Below are positions 40,401 through 48,995 of a stretch of DNA of 64,000 bases, piece by piece (within the stretch, counting starts at the first letter, position 1; each line of letters begins with the position of its first letter). The DNA is from Haplodiscus bocki (lineage: Eukaryota): positions 134,044,001-134,108,000 of the forward strand of contig OZ296650.1 of NCBI GenBank assembly GCA_965655095.1. Direction: 5' to 3'. Made by a program: the position numbers and the translations under genes. The notes beneath the pieces were generated by a model. It saw nothing but the letters and a program-made list of their open reading frames with translations. It was not told the origin of the DNA and searched no databases.

Positions 40401-42528
40401 TGTTCTTTCAGAGGCTCTGTTAGTAAACATCCTTTATTTCGCTGCTGCGCTACCGCCTGTGCTGGACAGAAGTGTCATTGAAGAATACGAAGAATCACTA
40501 GCAGTGCAAATCAGTATGGAAAAATGCAAAATGGTAGCTTTTCTTCACACTTGTCAGAAACAATTACCTACTGAGCAGGCGATGCTAGATGCAACCATCA
40601 CCGTCCCTTTACCTTGGAAACCAGTCATTCAGAAAAGCCCGGATCAATGTCGAAACTCTTATACGGAACAGAAGAGTGTATTAAACAAACTGTTGAGTTC
40701 CATCGACATTTATAAAGAAGGACTTTGCAGTTTCATCAGGCATCAAATTGTCTTTGGACCTCCAGGAAGTGGGAAAACTTTCGTTGTGCTAAAATCGCTT
40801 GCATATGCTTTATGCCAAGGTCTCAACTGTGTAGTGACATCTTTGGCTGCTGAAAGATCTGCCGCTTTGGCTGGAAAACATCTGAATGCCCTCATCCCAT
40901 TTCCAGTGGAAAAACACGCTTCTGCAGAATCGCTCTCGAGAACAGCCCTGTCCAACCTACAACGATCTCCTATTAAGAGCCGCTTTCTGCAAAATCTACA
41001 CGTTCTTTTCGTGGAGGAATTGTCAATGATTTCTAGCGAACTTTGGGCTGCCACGGATTATGTGCTTCAGGTTATCACAGCAAACTATGTTCCATTCGGT
41101 GGGAAACTTGTTATTGCAACCGGAGATTTCTTCCAACTTCCTCCACCATCAGGATCTTGTTTGATGAGTTCTTCTTTTCCTCTCACAACGTTCACTTTTC
41201 TCAAACTGGAAAATTTCGTTCGCATGCAAAACAAAAATGGCCAAGAACTGTTGTCTTTGTTGTCAGCGACTCCAAAAACTGACGGCAATGCGAGGCGTAT
41301 CTGGGAAATTATCGGTAAAGGTTGCAATTTTGTCCATTCATGGAAAGACGTGCCGAATGATAGAATTCGAATTTTTGCCACTCGACAAGCAGAACGTAAA
41401 GCAACTGAAGACAAAATAATCGATGTTAAAAACAGCGGTACCCAATTTTATGAAAATGCGGCAATTGATGAAATGTGCGTTTCAAGCACTGACAACTGGA
41501 CCGAGGCGTCGCCAAGTACATCAAAATTTCTCAACAAAAAGTGTCTTGAACCCCAGTCGTTGTTTCTGTACCCCGGAGCCATTTTACGACTAACAGTGAA
41601 TATGCCATCTATATCCGCGTATCAGGGTCAACTCTGTGTTCTGCTTTCTTTGGATACAATTCAGAATGGCTCTGTGACAATTGCTCTAGCACCAGCTGGT
41701 TGCCGAAGTATTCCACCGCTTGTTGTGATCAAAAACAAATGGCGTTGTGTTGTTATCGGCAAAGAAACTGGTGTTACCTACCGATTAAACCACAAAACGG
41801 TTTGCAGACGAATCCAGTTTCCACTAAATTTATTTGTTGCGTCAACCATTCATAAGACAATGGGTGAAACGCTTCCGATGGTCGCAACCCAAATAGTTGG
41901 ATCGAAAGACTTCGCTTTGTGGCTTCCCGAACAACTCTATGTTGTAATGAGTCGAGTAAGAAGTCTGAATCAGGTGACTTTTGTTGGATCGAAGGAATCT
42001 AACAAACGAGCAGTCTTGGATTTAGTCTGCAAAAATTCGCAATGGGCTGAACTCACGAATGAAATTTTGACTAAAAGTTCCGCTGGTGACCCTACAATTG
42101 ATCATGCAAGAGCATCTCCTTTTCCCCCTTCAATGAGAGAACTACCCGTTCAAAATGTGGGCTTCTGTTACTTGCTCCAAAGTGAACCACAGCAGCACCT
42201 TCTGTACATTGGCTCCACTATGTCGTTAGTGCGTCGTTTGCGAGAGCACAATGCAGGACTGGGTTCCTCCTTCACCAAGGTACAAAATCGTTTGCCCTGG
42301 ATGGTTTGTGCTTATGTTACTGGTTTCAATTCGATTAATGCTTCAGAGAGAATCCGAGCATTCGAGAAGGAGTGGCTGAATGCGGCAACACACTACGTCA
42401 ACGCAAAAAAGAAAAATGTGTCACTTCCCACAGCTATCAATTTGGGGGAAATTGTCGCAAAAAATTGGCTATACAAAGAAGATGATTTGAAACTAGTAGT
42501 GTGCTGCAGGTCATCAACTGTGTCTTGA
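34471..42528 (+). CDS. Intact ~2685-aa RepHel-type transposase: Zn knuckle, OTU protease, Cys-rich region, HUH/Y2 Rep, Pif1-like helicase, GIY-YIG nuclease
   Basis: OTU GDGNC (34774-34788) and NHF (~35158). Rep FVTYTC (~38554), YEWQEETAGFPHLH (38788-38829), YVAKY (39328-39342). Walker A GPPGSGKT (40756-40779), EELSM (41014), GDFFQLPP, TIHKTMG, QLYVVMSRV. GIY-YIG GFCYLL..LYIGST..RRLREHN..W...FEKEW (from 42160). Confidence 0.93.
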   Translation: MSKQNNKGNLKRRRCTSCGQFVGEHHVCAKSIELELQVNEPLGILYKIPDASVAVSPTARTEIHSSLNTLGLMDFLKPTKTAIGNDTVICSMQPVRVTAVLGDGNCLFSSLAVALGLSHECGPIIRNIIVSHMNLISFPPNSLQTSVYSDDFPNQHRVLSCTSVDEYLRESRMAENGVFGSCVEIYSFCQIFKVDVFLYHVPFKSWMIYECSSNVNRKGIFIPQNRNANHFEVITELVSIGPESSSLSQVASINRPPSQSSETNHWSQALQNCEGTETEPASKKSKVNSDYTWEEHPDPLALSLFANSVSTKMKKLSALETLSTNSTNLPKNDCSQMLEPPCFDFSPTDSVSGNMHTNGECPNLGGCDCCAKCMRQSTVLYPLKLKRKNKFDLKNRVFGNKLTEPIVVLCKLCLLYCTTESYDWYNAWPSVFFSLLSDQDMPVRTQMDILSLLPWELRQQWMTSMHYFPLCVQRCLSRKRIAGKCSVDGTLRLRRFHELMKTLKQTNIALALDNEPYPNVRCPYGCWCFIEESGWIPANHFINLFERNFTSFQSSSFLHLRGIRSDFLTPFVSLRQFLVATTVRVDEKAGLVVQACSRHSRGSSVQYFHPPSHPSLVRTTVNYEERLSAIAPTLSFISSIKANFASHTYQLLRSVGSYSGMSTVRLKRKTRWDFTSDILYHAEGVACHFREDIKTMIREWVRQGKILDDVASGMLDYVPDKKKVNSCLSQATSIDLQTCLNLTKIVEMNEKEYLNNVESLSCYTLVHGNDDYGCSPPPLENRVSIVSWIVQAAVCVSPILCRSLVKSSKYSVTLRPLFTLLRKVLLGTARMNTAKVLWLVRKSEQAVSAVIEQTNTDDKTEGTTDCCCFVGARFLSEICDTIQHVPLNKRKNIGSATTEQVSYNMTHAIFTTGSPKNLRNKVKPPLTLIISDNEFELIAVGTKDGSSKGEPRWLVRHGGRFQGFWLIEKSKKFATKTEGSPTDALETFIRGYWTIAIYQKSRNVELIDLKWKFLSTLTGQGIFICAHHTIPLTRDFRNSGFQCRCNRASFLRCPHLQCYSCVCKRLFNEGLQQQHRRILIDSVPLEKLNKTNSPSLVSESSSSRDFIEPNSMPANEPIQPDAAAETLDIASSNSSSVSYIVHPETNDEEFEDDNLRIMATLKTNSDEKLISVDLERKEDAFKLPLHILLNSQCNLLYRRNGNPISLSLKEKRFLENISAVSTSALPLIQPEALLFPSIFWCQASSGSFPGAIPTALYNSSKYNKQLGFAGLDDMLRTRIKDGSLLTSCNPTYLQYVFDCLLNMQLHKSDIRIILNRGWQEVNSVPHNCSFLSTQTFKFDCAESRKNVCELAALITDKNPTYFVTYTCSQSTHPGIRKIFEALHEMYPAETTPKEVLAAAIQAELMPMLRSWYRASQYVMEWVKNSPEEPLGPVSHIWMRYEWQEETAGFPHLHAILCTPEDKFSDDVRSRVCCSKQTFLGGLEVSCPELNAVERFQLGKLYQKYQTHNCSKGRKRCHKKTDRLDKPICRVPKYPPSNCFSFKEIPVNFSCETMGLLREMELADIDENSLFPKVKDPLTAGKHHYPTVSNEHYSPTNAALFALTQSSTNVQICDDYMAPRYVAKYAAGIESRAVAKIVAGETENSVKVLTEPIAHEKIAGVQASQKKMRGDEKQKSVTGRVVSITECLWWSLQLPYVCTNVDFVHVPTVPKENRSGIITEKRFSNKIKLGATFMEGIRVRKHVLQLPKHRQFTRTQSFLLADVENSSISPDKVTVFGLRPPELLFVSKLKNYYSWFVRCKPQTKKSISNHEVFLKRSFRRSCWVDALGYLVKLRPCSVDAFVNFCRANGTDGRDGILKREMRIHIVPLLVTKKASQFVAHWKQLSEEDAVVVFSNVLPNNPTKFLLHVLLTNGEFDTEMDILNVQSFKEAFTTAKIIPSCNINAKTVQNLTRNYLLKQLRFVPGSSKLIDKYLLMAHSVLSEALLVNILYFAAALPPVLDRSVIEEYEESLAVQISMEKCKMVAFLHTCQKQLPTEQAMLDATITVPLPWKPVIQKSPDQCRNSYTEQKSVLNKLLSSIDIYKEGLCSFIRHQIVFGPPGSGKTFVVLKSLAYALCQGLNCVVTSLAAERSAALAGKHLNALIPFPVEKHASAESLSRTALSNLQRSPIKSRFLQNLHVLFVEELSMISSELWAATDYVLQVITANYVPFGGKLVIATGDFFQLPPPSGSCLMSSSFPLTTFTFLKLENFVRMQNKNGQELLSLLSATPKTDGNARRIWEIIGKGCNFVHSWKDVPNDRIRIFATRQAERKATEDKIIDVKNSGTQFYENAAIDEMCVSSTDNWTEASPSTSKFLNKKCLEPQSLFLYPGAILRLTVNMPSISAYQGQLCVLLSLDTIQNGSVTIALAPAGCRSIPPLVVIKNKWRCVVIGKETGVTYRLNHKTVCRRIQFPLNLFVASTIHKTMGETLPMVATQIVGSKDFALWLPEQLYVVMSRVRSLNQVTFVGSKESNKRAVLDLVCKNSQWAELTNEILTKSSAGDPTIDHARASPFPPSMRELPVQNVGFCYLLQSEPQQHLLYIGSTMSLVRRLREHNAGLGSSFTKVQNRLPWMVCAYVTGFNSINASERIRAFEKEWLNAATHYVNAKKKNVSLPTAINLGEIVAKNWLYKEDDLKLVVCCRSSTVS

Positions 42529-42626
42529 AAAGTCGTACTTTAGGAGAAAGCTGCCCAAAAACTTATGGATTAGTTTGAGATAATTGTTTTACTTGCACAC
42601 AAACTTCCTTGCCTTGACAGCCATAC

Positions 42627-42772
42627 GCATCGACTGCATAGTGATGCAATGGTGAATTTCTCTTTATGTTATGCTGCAACCGCATCGGCTGCAGAGTGAT
42701 GTACCAAGTAGCACGTGCAGCAACATCAACCTTTTTGCTGGAAAATATAATGCCTCGACTGCATAGTGTTGC
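42627..42772 (+). repeat. Three 21-nt hairpin repeats after polyprotein stop (unit 3)
   Basis: gcatcgactgcatagtgatgc (42627), gcatcggctgcagagtgatgt (42682), gcctcgactgcatagtgttgc (42752). Confidence 0.8.
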
Positions 42773-43105
42773 ATTATCTATTTTGCAGTTGAGATGATTT
42801 GTTGCTAATCACTTGTCTGTGTCTGTTTAATTCATTAGTTTGATGGGATTCACTTTCACTGAACCTGATTTGATGGACTTTGATTTTGGAAGCACTAGAA
42901 AGAGTCCATTTAAAAAAGCGCCGTTAATTTTGGACAATAGAAATCAGCTAACTTTCAAGTTTTTTCGGGAAAAAAATATAATCATACGTTAAATGACGAA
43001 TTTTGACATTGTTGATTGAAGCACTCTTGTTACTGTATCCCCGTATTCGGGGATGATACCTGAAGCTGCAGAAACCGACGTTTTTCACAGTGCTTCCAGA
43101 TCATT

Positions 43106-43858
43106 ATGGCTCATTTGATCATAACCGACTCTCTGGGCGTACAACTGGAAGGTGTGCTTGAAAATTTGGCAGTTAAAAGTTTTCCTGGCGCCAGAGCGGC
43201 GGACCGACGTGTAACGAGTTTCCTGGAAAATTTGCGGCGCCGCTTCCAATCCATTACAATTTTCATTGGAGGGAATGGCCTTTCCAATTGGGGCCGGCGT
43301 CCAGCTGAAAGTCCAGAACAGGTAAAGCTTAAGTGATGGTTCATGGGGTTACTGTTTGCAAAATCAAATTAGACGCTAGTAAAATTTGGAACGTTTTTGT
43401 GTATTGTTAAACCCTTTATTGAAGTACGTTTAGTAAAAATCTAGGAAAACGTTGTTTTCAATATTAAGTCTTTCTACTGGTACTTTAACTGGTGCTACTT
43501 GCAAACTATAATTGAACCGTAACTTTGTGTTTTTAATGTCTCAACAGTACTTCATTTGCTTTTGTTGTTTTATTATTAGGTGTTCCATGATATCTTGAAC
43601 CTTGTGAGAATTGCCGAGAGAAAATGCGACAAAGTATACTGCCTGGGCTTAGTAATGCGAAGCCGACCGTGCTTCCTTGCAGTGAAAGAAATAAACCGAA
43701 TGCTGCGAACATCCATTGGACACTACACTTACGTTTCCGTGTCATCTAAGATGTCATCTGAAAGAAATCTTAAAGACGGAGTGCATCTGTCTCAGCACGG
43801 CGTGACGAACATCCTGTGGATTATAAAAAGACGGATTTTAGGTAACAAATGTGTCTAG
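43106..43858 (+). CDS. Two-exon SGNH/GDSL hydrolase-like protein, 164 aa, intact
   Basis: Exon 1 43106-43321, phase-0 intron 43322-43579 (GTAAAG..TTAG), exon 2 43580-43858. Blocks IITDSLG, FPGA, IGGN, DGVHL give the S-G-N-H signature with DxxH. Confidence 0.85.
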
Positions 43859-44342
43859 CAGTACATTAAGATGTTGAAAAACAGTATTGATTCCAGTAAT
43901 TTGCGGTTGATATCAACTTTCCAGCAATTGAATGTTTCTAGCTTTAAACTCTTTGGAATTTACCTATAGAAGGTTTACGTTTTTTCCATAAACTTCCATT
44001 CTAACACCAATGTCGTTTAGGACACTCAATCAGGAGACTCTCCCATCGCAAAAACCGCTACGTCCACTGGAAGTGGTGAAGATCCGGCCCTGTGTTGTTG
44101 TAGGCTTCATTTGGACATTTCTGGAAAATGGAATTACAATCTTGGTCGTTGCACCTATGTTTCGAATACTCTTGGTAGTTTTTTCATGATGACACAATTT
44201 TGAAACTTTTTTTGGTGGTACCATTAAAAACAAACAAAGGTGCTTTTTTGGTTTCCAATAATCTTGGCCAATTGACGCCGCTAACAGTGTTTTAATTTTG
44301 TTTTCGTGTCCTCTTCGATTTGTAATTTGTCAGTGATAAAAT

Positions 44343-44548
44343 TGTAAAAAAGCTCGACCGCATGGTGGCCTCTACTTCTTTGAAGTTTTGAATTTTTTTT
44401 GTTCCACACACCTTGCATTTTGGCGTACATTACAACATATTTATTATTTTAAACTTTGTCTTCATGCCTCATTCAATTTAAAGTTGGTTTGTGATGACGT
44501 TGTAAGGAGTTCAACCGCATGGTGATCTGTACCTCTTTGAATTTTTGA
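44343..44548 (+). repeat. Imperfect ~48-bp direct repeat, ~158-bp period
   Basis: accgcatggtggcctctacttctttgaagttttga versus accgcatggtgatctgtacctctttgaatttttga. Confidence 0.6.
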
Positions 44549-45300
44549 TGCTTCGTTGTCATTGGAACATTTTTTTAATGGTCGCCGTCCGCTATTAGTC
44601 GTCACAATTCCTTCATGTTTTCGCTGAAATAGTGTACTCCATAGTTACATTGTTTGTTAAAAACTTTTGGTAGTTTAAAATTTCGAAAGTGATCAACTAA
44701 CCTCGGCCATACTGTTACAAGGATTGTTCATATTATTTTGAATAAAGTTTTCTTTTGAAATGTTTGTTCTTATATTCGCAAAAAACGTTATAGCAAACAT
44801 TGTGCAGCTTTGAGCTCGTATTAAACTTCAGTTGTCGAACATCTGCAATGAAGATATAATTTATAATCCTTAACTTTCTACAAGTTTTGTAGACAGGAAA
44901 AAAACCGATGTAATAACGATGTATTTGAATGCATTGCTCACCATTTTTTTTCTTTTGCCTTGAGTGTTACTGATCGATAAAGCGTGATGCGTTGAACAGT
45001 AAGATAACTGTAAATGTAACATAACATTTCGATGAAATAAACTTAATGATAAAGAAGATTTGAGAAATGTGAATAATTGAGAAACTTGTCATGCTTTTTT
45101 GAAAAACAGGTTGCTTTACTTGAAGCAATAGCGCTAATTCACTGGATTAAATGCTTGAAACCAAAATTACTTGCCTGTTGACTTCATTGAACCTTATAGG
45201 AAAATGCGTTCACAGAATCTTTAAAAAAGGAAAAAGCATGGTTTTGAATGTTCCAATTGTTCAATTCTCAGGCAGCTTCAACCACGTTTGATTTCAGACT

Positions 45301-46311
45301 ATGACAACTCAAGTGAACACCTCCCAAGTAACAGCACCAAATTTTTTGCGACGAAGCGAAAATACATTCGTCAGAGGTATCGTTCTAGTAATTAAGAAAT
45401 ACGACAAACCTTTGCAGTTGTTTAGACCGCAAAATATCAAAAACAAGAGAGGTGCCCTCGATACCAGCTGTGATCGATTAGTCATACTAGGCGAGATCAA
45501 TTCAAAAGAATGCTTTGCTGTGATTGCGGAGTCTGCACAGAAAAGCTATTTTTTGTTCGGGGACACTCTGTTAACAGTAGGGTCAATTGTGGACGTAAAA
45601 GAACCTGTGTTCTCGAACTCTTGTCTCGGCAATGACCGCAGTAATCCAATTTTTCATGTCTTTCTTCCTTTGGAAGTCGTGGTTAACAATATTCCATTGT
45701 TGCCAATTCCCATAGATCTCCACCCATCAACGACAGCAATGTTTCACTTTTGCTTGCCAAACAGACCCCTCACCTTCTTACAAGCAGGTGCTGTAGCTCC
45801 AACTTGCTCAGGCTTCATGTGTGACAGACGAGAAAAACGAATTGACTCTGTATGCCCCTGTATACAGAAATCTCCTGTTTCAGCTTGGGTAATGTGCGCC
45901 CGAATTGTCAGTCGTGACATCGAAAATGAAGACGAAGATTCCCTCACGGGAGAAATGATACAAAGTCTTAACCTGACAAAACTGTTTTGCAGCGAAGCAA
46001 TTATTAGAAGTTCATATGCATCAATCGATTCGCAACAACTGCGGATTGCTGTTAACCAGGTGTCCCAATTTGTAAATGAGAATGGTGGTTGGCAGGTATG
46101 TGGATTTTAAAAAAGTGGATCCACAGACGAAAATCTTGCACAAAACGTACAACGTGTCCGCATTTGCAAAATTACGCCTGCCGTTGAAGTTCCTTTTAAC
46201 TTGAAATACAACATTGTGCCATGCAACGCCAATATTGGCAATGAGCCCCCAGCTTTGCAACATGCGGATACTAACGTCGGTGCTCCTAACAATCCGAACA
46301 ACGTACGATAG
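45301..46311 (+). pseudogene. 336-codon accessory gene with one nonsense codon
   Basis: Near-identical to 11320-12330; TAC>TAA at 46108-46110; frame continues to TAG at 46309-46311. Confidence 0.85.
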
Positions 46312-47335
46312 CTGATCTAGACTTACTCCTCAGATGACCGTTCTTTCTCCACCGCATGAACTGCTTGCTGGTTTTCAAAACCAATCTCTCCTTTCGCAAT
46401 CGACCGCAAGGTGGTTGCTGAAAAAAACATGCACAAATTAACAAGTTTCGGAAAAAAAGTCAACTGATAAAGTTGTCCTCGTTCTTTCATACCACAATTT
46501 GTTCTCCTCCTTTTCAATCTTGAAACCTATGCTTCAATTTTCTTGTTAATGATAAAGTTTAACTTTCCAGTACTTATCAGTACCCAAAGGTTAATTGTTG
46601 GTTTTTGTGGAACTGTAAACACTAATGTCAAATTACAAATTAGTTGTTGTTGAACAATGGAAATTAGTTTGCAACTGCCGACGACTTGTCTCTGTAAACC
46701 TACGTTTTTCAGTAGCTTAGAACATTGTGCTAATTCGTGTGGCTTTTGAGTGTGGTTTATTGGTTCGTGTAGAAGTTGTGAACTTTTTATGTTATGCAAT
46801 TAACTTCTTTCTTGTTATGTTAAACATTACTATCCGTTCATGACCGAACGTTTTGAACTTTGAAACGCTGGCTTGCTCTTCCATCGGTCGAAGTGCACGC
46901 TCTCAGTTCGTTGCTTGACGTTTGATACAGTGTTGTAATTTTCGCTAACAGAAGAATGGGATCAAACTTTCATACGAAATTTTAGGGAAATTTTTTTCTG
47001 AAGTCCATACAGGTTCATTTGGTTCATTCGGGTTGTTTTCACAAAGTAACAGCTGGGAACCTACTGCCTACAAATTGACAACATTGATGCGAAACTTTTT
47101 GAGAAAGTTAAAACACTTTCGCTGGTCAAATTTTGAAAGTATTCGTTCGGACAAAAATTTTAGTTTTCCTTCCCAGAAACTCATCAAACTTGAAGTTGTT
47201 TGTTAAAGGAACAGTTGCTCTCCGAGAATTGCGGGCAAAAATTCCTGCCGACGTTTCACCATACGCCTGTTTAAGTGTTATATTCAAATTCTACAGCAAA
47301 AATTGATTTTTTTCTGATTTTTGTTTTTTTTTCCA

Positions 47336-47950
47336 AAAAATTCGTCATAACCGTCATTTTTTTCGGCAAAGTGGCCGAAACTTTTTCATCTTCGGAAAAT
47401 TGCCTTTGAAGTTATGGAGTCGATTTCATACTGGAGCCACTCCAGAGGGCAAACTATGCACTTCAATGTGGGAGCTATGACGAAATGGTCGATTTTCGGC
47501 ATTTTTTTCCAACTTTGATCCGTCATATCTCAACACCTATGACGAGTTGGTAGAAAATTTTTTGCATGTGTGTAGCCCTTAGTTATACTGCTTCACACGA
47601 AAAGTTTCGGCCAAATGCATGTGGTTCCTTGCAGGGCTGTCGGTAAAAAACTGCAAAATGAGGCCAAAAAACAGAATCATCTCGTCATAATTCCCCAACC
47701 ATTTTTGCTAGAATGATCTAACTTGCACCATTGTTCTTAGAATTGAAAGTTATGCCCGCATGCAAAGTTTGATCAAAATCGTATGGGTGGGAGCTGAGAT
47801 CGTTATTTTCCTATACCGTATTTGCATAGAGTTATTTCTTATATTTTAACGCGAGGCAAAGGGGCCCCTCCCCCGCCTCGCCTGGACCTATGAGGGGCGT
47901 AATCCCGTGACCACCCAGTGGAGGCACCGGTGAAAATCACCAGGTGGCGG
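47336..47950 (+). repeat. Terminal module, unit 3
   Basis: GCGAGGC-aaaggggcccctccccc-GCCTCGC hairpin (47851-47881), CCACccaGTGG, GGTGAaaaTCACC. Confidence 0.85.
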
Positions 47951-48995
47951 TCACTGGTTATGCCATTCTGAAATTTGAACAAATTTGCTAGTGTTTTCTT
48001 TCAACACAGTAATGATTTTTGCAAATGCAAATTTTATATATTGAAATTTAGCCTGTGAAAACTTTACCGATCTGGATGACACATCCATGATGGAGCTTGC
48101 AAACATTTTAGCCCCGTTGTTTCTCCGTGTCGCTTCGCTAATCTACGAAACAACGGGGCGGGGCAATTAACATTTTGGCAATTGTGGTGAATTTTTTAAA
48201 CAGAAATGCATCAAAGTTTGATTTTTTTTCGCAGAATGACTTTTACTCCAAATTTTACCCCAAGTTGAAGAATCATTTGCACCAAAGCAGTTTGCGAAAA
48301 AAATCCGACCACAAAAATATCAGAAACGAACTCTACGGGGAAAATTGAGTTTTCTGCTAAAAAATTTTTTTTTTTCGGAAAATTCGTCATAACCGTCATT
48401 TTTTTCGGCAAACTGGCCAAAACTTTTTCATCATCGGAAAATTATCTTTCAAATTATGCAGTCAATTTCAGACTGGAGCCAGTCCAGAACGCAAGCTACG
48501 TACTTCAATGTGGGAGCCATGACGAAATGGTCGATTTTCGGCATTTTTTTCCAAATTTCATCCGTCATATCTCCACACCTATGACGAGTTGGTAGAAAAT
48601 TTTTTGCATGCGTGTAGCCCTTAGTTATTCTGCTTCACACAAAAAGTTTCGGCCAAATGCATGCGGTTACTTGCAGGGCTGTCGGTAAAAAACTGCAAAA
48701 TGGGGCCAAAAAACAGAATCATCCCGTCATAACTCCCCAACCAATTTTGCTAGATTGATCTAACTTGCACCATTGTTCTTAGAATTGAAAGTTATGCCCG
48801 CATGCATAGTTTGATCCAAATCGTATGGGTGGGAGCTGAGATCGCTAATTCCCTATACCGTTTGTGCATATTTGTTTTTTTCTTATATTTTAACGCGAGG
48901 CAAAGGGGCCCCTCCCCCGCCTCGCAAGGACTAATGTGGGGCGCGATCCCCTGACCACCCAGTGGAGGCGACGGTGAAAATTACCAGATGGCGGG
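47951..48995 (+). mobile_element. ~1.05-kb non-coding mini-unit (non-autonomous derivative or terminal duplication)
   Basis: ~430 bp of unique sequence with a 13-bp hairpin, then a second terminal module (48378-48995). Confidence 0.65.
48111..48159. other. Perfect 13-bp GC-rich hairpin
   Basis: GCCCCGTTGTTTC (48111-48123) and GAAACAACGGGGC (48147-48159); 23-nt loop containing CGCTTCGCT. Confidence 0.8.

Larger units (their letters stand above)
30916..47950 (+). mobile_element. Helitron-like element unit 3 (intact polyprotein and SGNH gene)
   Basis: ~17.0 kb between terminal motifs; all modules present. Confidence 0.85.

Noticed and set aside
34471-42528. Host PIF1 or SLX1 gene, or a Polinton/giant-virus insertion
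   Set aside because: Domains are fused to an HUH Rep in an intronless repeated ORF; no pPolB, integrase, packaging ATPase or recognisable capsid seen.
42627-42772. Bona fide CRISPR array
   Set aside because: Only 2-3 degenerate repeats, uneven spacers, no cas genes and a eukaryotic context; kept only as a hairpin mini-array.
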